Positions 17,377 through 20,000 of a stretch of DNA of 20,000 nucleotides are shown one piece after another. The stretch's first letter is position 1; every line of letters begins with the position of its first letter. The stretch is from an uncultured virus (IMG/VR IMGVR_UViG_3300023179_000076) (Duplodnaviria; Heunggongvirae; Uroviricota; Caudoviricetes), in IMG/VR virus record IMGVR_UViG_3300023179_000076, positions 57,281-77,280 of that record; one strand, 5' to 3'. A program made the position numbers and the translations under genes. Under the pieces are notes generated by a model, which saw nothing but the letters and a program-made list of their open reading frames with translations, searched no databases and had not been told where the DNA came from.

Positions 17377-17388
17377 TTTTAATACACC
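17377..17388 (-). promoter_or_regulatory. Candidate late-promoter motif (GGTGTATTAAAA)
   Basis: GTGTAT core about 40 nt upstream of the tail tube ATG; shared with the TMP upstream gap. Confidence 0.45.
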
Positions 17389-17400
17389 GTTCTGATGTAA

Positions 17401-18327
17401 CTATGGAAAAATTTCTATTGACCATCTCACAACACCGTTATACAAAGAGCTACTCAAACTATTTAATTCTCCAACTGAACTATCCTTAATAGTACACCAA
17501 TAATTTGAAAAAGACTCTACAATATTTGGATAATTATATCCGCTAGGATTAATATTTCCAAATTTATTCAAAATATATTTATTATTTTTGATAACTTTAG
17601 AAACATCATATAAATTTAATGTTTTGTCTTTTTGATGAATTAAAATATCTATAAGAGTATTTCTTTGATTAGCATTCTCTGTATAAACATGCAAAAATAC
17701 ATCTTGTATAATAATATTTTCTGTTGTGCCCAATTGATGCGGAACTAATATTGTACGTGGAATTAATTCCACAATAATTGCTGGTAATTGAACTCTATGA
17801 TTAGCTGTTATACTATAGTCTTGTTTATTAAAATTAGATGGATTATAGGTTTCTTTTTGTACTTCTTTCCACCATACATTATCGCTACTTTTATATACTT
17901 GTACGTATCTATAAGAATAACTAGCTAAAACAGAGCTTTTAGAAGAAACAGCATTGTTAAAAACTATTTGTCCTAGTGGATAATTAACATTATATCCGTA
18001 ACTTCCACTACCTGTTGGTGCTGGTAAAAATGTATTATTAAGATAAATTCCAGAAAAAGTTGTCGGGCTTCCACTTTCATAAACTACGCCGCTTTCATAA
18101 ATCCAATCTTTGCGAGGAGCTTGCCATACTTTATCTTTTAGGGATGGATCTTCAGCATTTTTTAATATATGAAAAGTTCCTCCATTAACTCCACTTGTGG
18201 GTATTTCCACATTGACAAATCCACCAATATGTAAAAATGACCAGTCTAAAAAACTTTTTACATTATCTTCTAGTAAAGATATTCTATTCTTATTTGATAT
18301 CGATGAGATATTATGAAATGTTGTCAT
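17401..18327 (-). CDS. Putative tail terminator/completion protein (308 aa)
   Basis: Directly upstream of tube gene; QLPAIIVE...QLG...QDVFLHVYTENANQRNTLIDIL fits the terminator (SPP1 gp17/lambda gpU-like) pattern; ATGA overlap with upstream gene. Confidence 0.6.
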   Translation of the reverse strand: MTTFHNISSISNKNRISLLEDNVKSFLDWSFLHIGGFVNVEIPTSGVNGGTFHILKNAEDPSLKDKVWQAPRKDWIYESGVVYESGSPTTFSGIYLNNTFLPAPTGSGSYGYNVNYPLGQIVFNNAVSSKSSVLASYSYRYVQVYKSSDNVWWKEVQKETYNPSNFNKQDYSITANHRVQLPAIIVELIPRTILVPHQLGTTENIIIQDVFLHVYTENANQRNTLIDILIHQKDKTLNLYDVSKVIKNNKYILNKFGNINPSGYNYPNIVESFSNYWCTIKDSSVGELNSLSSSLYNGVVRWSIEIFP

Positions 18328-18968
18328 ATAATATTTTCTAAATTATTTTGTATTACGGATACTATGGCAGTATCTAGTTTACTAATTGCTCTTGTTGTCC
18401 AGTTATTGCTTTCTGTTCCAACAAAATTAGAAGGAACTCTCCAATTACTATTAGATTTTACCATTAATGCTAAACCACTACGAGATTTTGGACTATTAGT
18501 ATAATTTACACTATAGTTTTGTACTATTGTTTCGTTTCCTTTTAATAGGAGCCATTCTAACCAAGGTAAAGAATATCCTTTTTCATTATCATTCACACTA
18601 GCAATATCTGTATATATAATTCCATTAATATCATCGCTTTTAATCATAGTTAGTATAAAACCACCACTAAGACCGTTACCAGTTATTTTAATTGGCGTCT
18701 GTGTGACTTCTAGTGTGTTTGTCATAGCGTCTACAACTCTATCGACAGATTCTGGATCGCTTATTCCAAATTCTGCTTTTAGCGTACCAGCTTTTAATGA
18801 AGTATATTCTGGTTCATTTATTAAAGCATTTTTAACTAAATTTTTAATATCTTTAGTAATATTTGGCAGTGTTTTATTTATAGCAGTAGAAAGTTGATCC
18901 TTTAGATTATCAAGAATTAATTTAATTATTTCACTATTGTTTTCTACTACATCTAATGAAATTTTCAT
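18324..18968 (-). CDS. Putative neck/tail-completion protein (HK97 gp10-like position)
   Basis: ATG 18968 (ATGA overlap with upstream stop) preferred over GTG 18980; LPWLEWLL and WRVP...FVGT...NWTTRAI motifs; synteny between closure and terminator genes. Confidence 0.5.
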   Translation of the reverse strand: MKISLDVVENNSEIIKLILDNLKDQLSTAINKTLPNITKDIKNLVKNALINEPEYTSLKAGTLKAEFGISDPESVDRVVDAMTNTLEVTQTPIKITGNGLSGGFILTMIKSDDINGIIYTDIASVNDNEKGYSLPWLEWLLLKGNETIVQNYSVNYTNSPKSRSGLALMVKSNSNWRVPSNFVGTESNNWTTRAISKLDTAIVSVIQNNLENII

Positions 18969-19498
18969 TTTTTCTTCCACAAAGTTAAAATATATCTATT
19001 ATCACCAAAGCCTAATGGTTCTGGATCGCTGGCTCTCTCATATTTAAAATGGCCAATATTAGTTAAATTATTATCAAATATTATTTCATTAGCATTTTTT
19101 ATTTTACTCAATAAACTAATATTGCATAAACTTTGAATAGATCCATCTGGAATATTGATAACTTTAGAGTTGATATTTAAAAAATATTTACTATCAAAAA
19201 TAAAAGCTAAATATATAATTTCACTAGAACTGTTGCTTCTAATTTGTCCTTGTCCAACACAAACAGGACAAATACCACCCTCCGGAAATTCTATTGGACC
19301 AGACCCATTATAAACATTGCTTGATAATAATGAAATAGGATCAAAAATACAATTATTACAATATGTTGTAGCTATTTGATTATCATATAAAATTTTACAT
19401 GGTAAAGATAGTGCATTATTTTCAAGCAGTGCATCTATAGCATTATTAAATAAGCCCTTTAGTTCTGATGAAATTATACCACTAAATGGATTACTCAT
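18965..19498 (-). CDS. Putative head-closure/neck protein with CxxC...CxxC motif (177 aa)
   Basis: CNNC and CPVCVGQG; C-terminal beta-rich part (YERASDPEPLGFGDNRYILTLWKK); synteny. Confidence 0.55.
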   Translation of the reverse strand: MSNPFSGIISSELKGLFNNAIDALLENNALSLPCKILYDNQIATTYCNNCIFDPISLLSSNVYNGSGPIEFPEGGICPVCVGQGQIRSNSSSEIIYLAFIFDSKYFLNINSKVINIPDGSIQSLCNISLLSKIKNANEIIFDNNLTNIGHFKYERASDPEPLGFGDNRYILTLWKKK

Positions 19499-19694
19499 AA
19501 TAATTAATAGTTATAGTTGGCGATATACTATCATTAACATTTAATATTGACTTGGTAATAGGTCCTGATTGCGATAATATTTGTTTTGCTATGATAATTT
19601 TTTTATCTATATTATCAATACTGACTATATTGAAATTAGAAAAATTAATTATAATATTATTATTACTAGTATTATCTAATAAGGTTATGATCAT
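19491..19694 (-). CDS. Hypothetical protein (67 aa, Asn/Ile-rich)
   Basis: Overlaps both neighbours in operon style (ATGA at start, ATGAGTAA at end); low complexity. Confidence 0.55.
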   Translation of the reverse strand: MIITLLDNTSNNNIIINFSNFNIVSIDNIDKKIIIAKQILSQSGPITKSILNVNDSISPTITINYYE

Positions 19695-19918
19695 ACTGGT
19701 TTTGGTTCTCCAGATAGTCCTGGACCGGCTGGTGCGTATGGTGCTGTACTATCTGTTATGGATAAAATACATAATTGAGCCCAATTATTAGCATCATTAT
19801 AGTTTGCCCATGCTGTACCGTTTGGCCAGTTTGGTTGATAAATAACTGGAGTATTATTACCTTGTACATAAACATTAACAGCAAAGGTTATAGAGTCCAC
19901 AGTATATGTTAAATTCAT
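19691..19918 (-). CDS. Hypothetical protein (75 aa)
   Basis: AAAGGT upstream of ATG; Trp/Pro pattern QPNWPNGTAWANYNDANNWA; ATGA overlap downstream. Confidence 0.75.
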   Translation of the reverse strand: MNLTYTVDSITFAVNVYVQGNNTPVIYQPNWPNGTAWANYNDANNWAQLCILSITDSTAPYAPAGPGLSGEPKPV

Positions 19919-19938
19919 ATAAGATACCTTTTTTATTA

Positions 19939-20000
19939 TTAAGAATTAAAAACTATAGCTCCCCAATTATTATTAGAAATAGATCGTTGTGTCCATGTTA
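19939..20000 (-). CDS. C-terminal end of probable beta-propeller repeat protein (partial)
   Basis: Reads ...TWTQRSISNNNWGAIVFNS followed by TAA TAA TAA; TWT.R......W..I.F resembles one blade of BNR/Asp-box-like repeats. Only 19 codons visible. Confidence 0.5.
   Translation of the reverse strand, partial: TWTQRSISNNNWGAIVFNS

Noticed and set aside
993..19791. All plus-strand ORFs in the track
   Set aside because: They lie antisense to a fully packed minus-strand operon and have shadow-ORF composition (Ser/Leu/Ile/Cys-rich) with no recognisable motifs.
1..20000. Stop-codon reassignment
   Set aside because: Genes are long and tile tightly under code 11, and TAA, TGA and TAG all end genes at sensible boundaries.
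1..20000. CRISPR arrays, tRNAs, IS elements
   Set aside because: Almost all sequence is coding; no spaced repeats, cloverleaf or transposase motifs seen.

Overview
AT-rich tailed-phage (Caudoviricetes) neck/tail morphogenesis operon, all on the minus strand. In transcription order: the C-terminus of a beta-propeller-like protein, two small ORFs, a putative head-closure protein with a Zn motif, an HK97-gp10-like protein, a tail terminator, a major tail tube protein with an internal domain duplication, an unlisted 49-aa ORF, two paralogous tail-assembly-chaperone-like proteins flanking a 95-aa ORF, and a giant tape measure protein (TMP) gene. The TMP ORF is missing from the supplied track: it starts at 13723 and stays open past base 1 (>4574 aa). 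It is built like a polyprotein. About ten (F/Y/L)-x-x-G-G motifs and four copies of the short 'FxxGG...PAxLxxGE.V' TMP block separate apparent cargo modules: two PD-(D/E)xK-like nucleases, a HAD phosphatase, two HExxH zincin peptidases and unknown domains. This suggests an effector-delivery cassette embedded in the TMP. No sheath gene lies between terminator and tube, so a long-tailed siphovirus is inferred. All product calls come from manual translation, motifs and synteny, not database searches.
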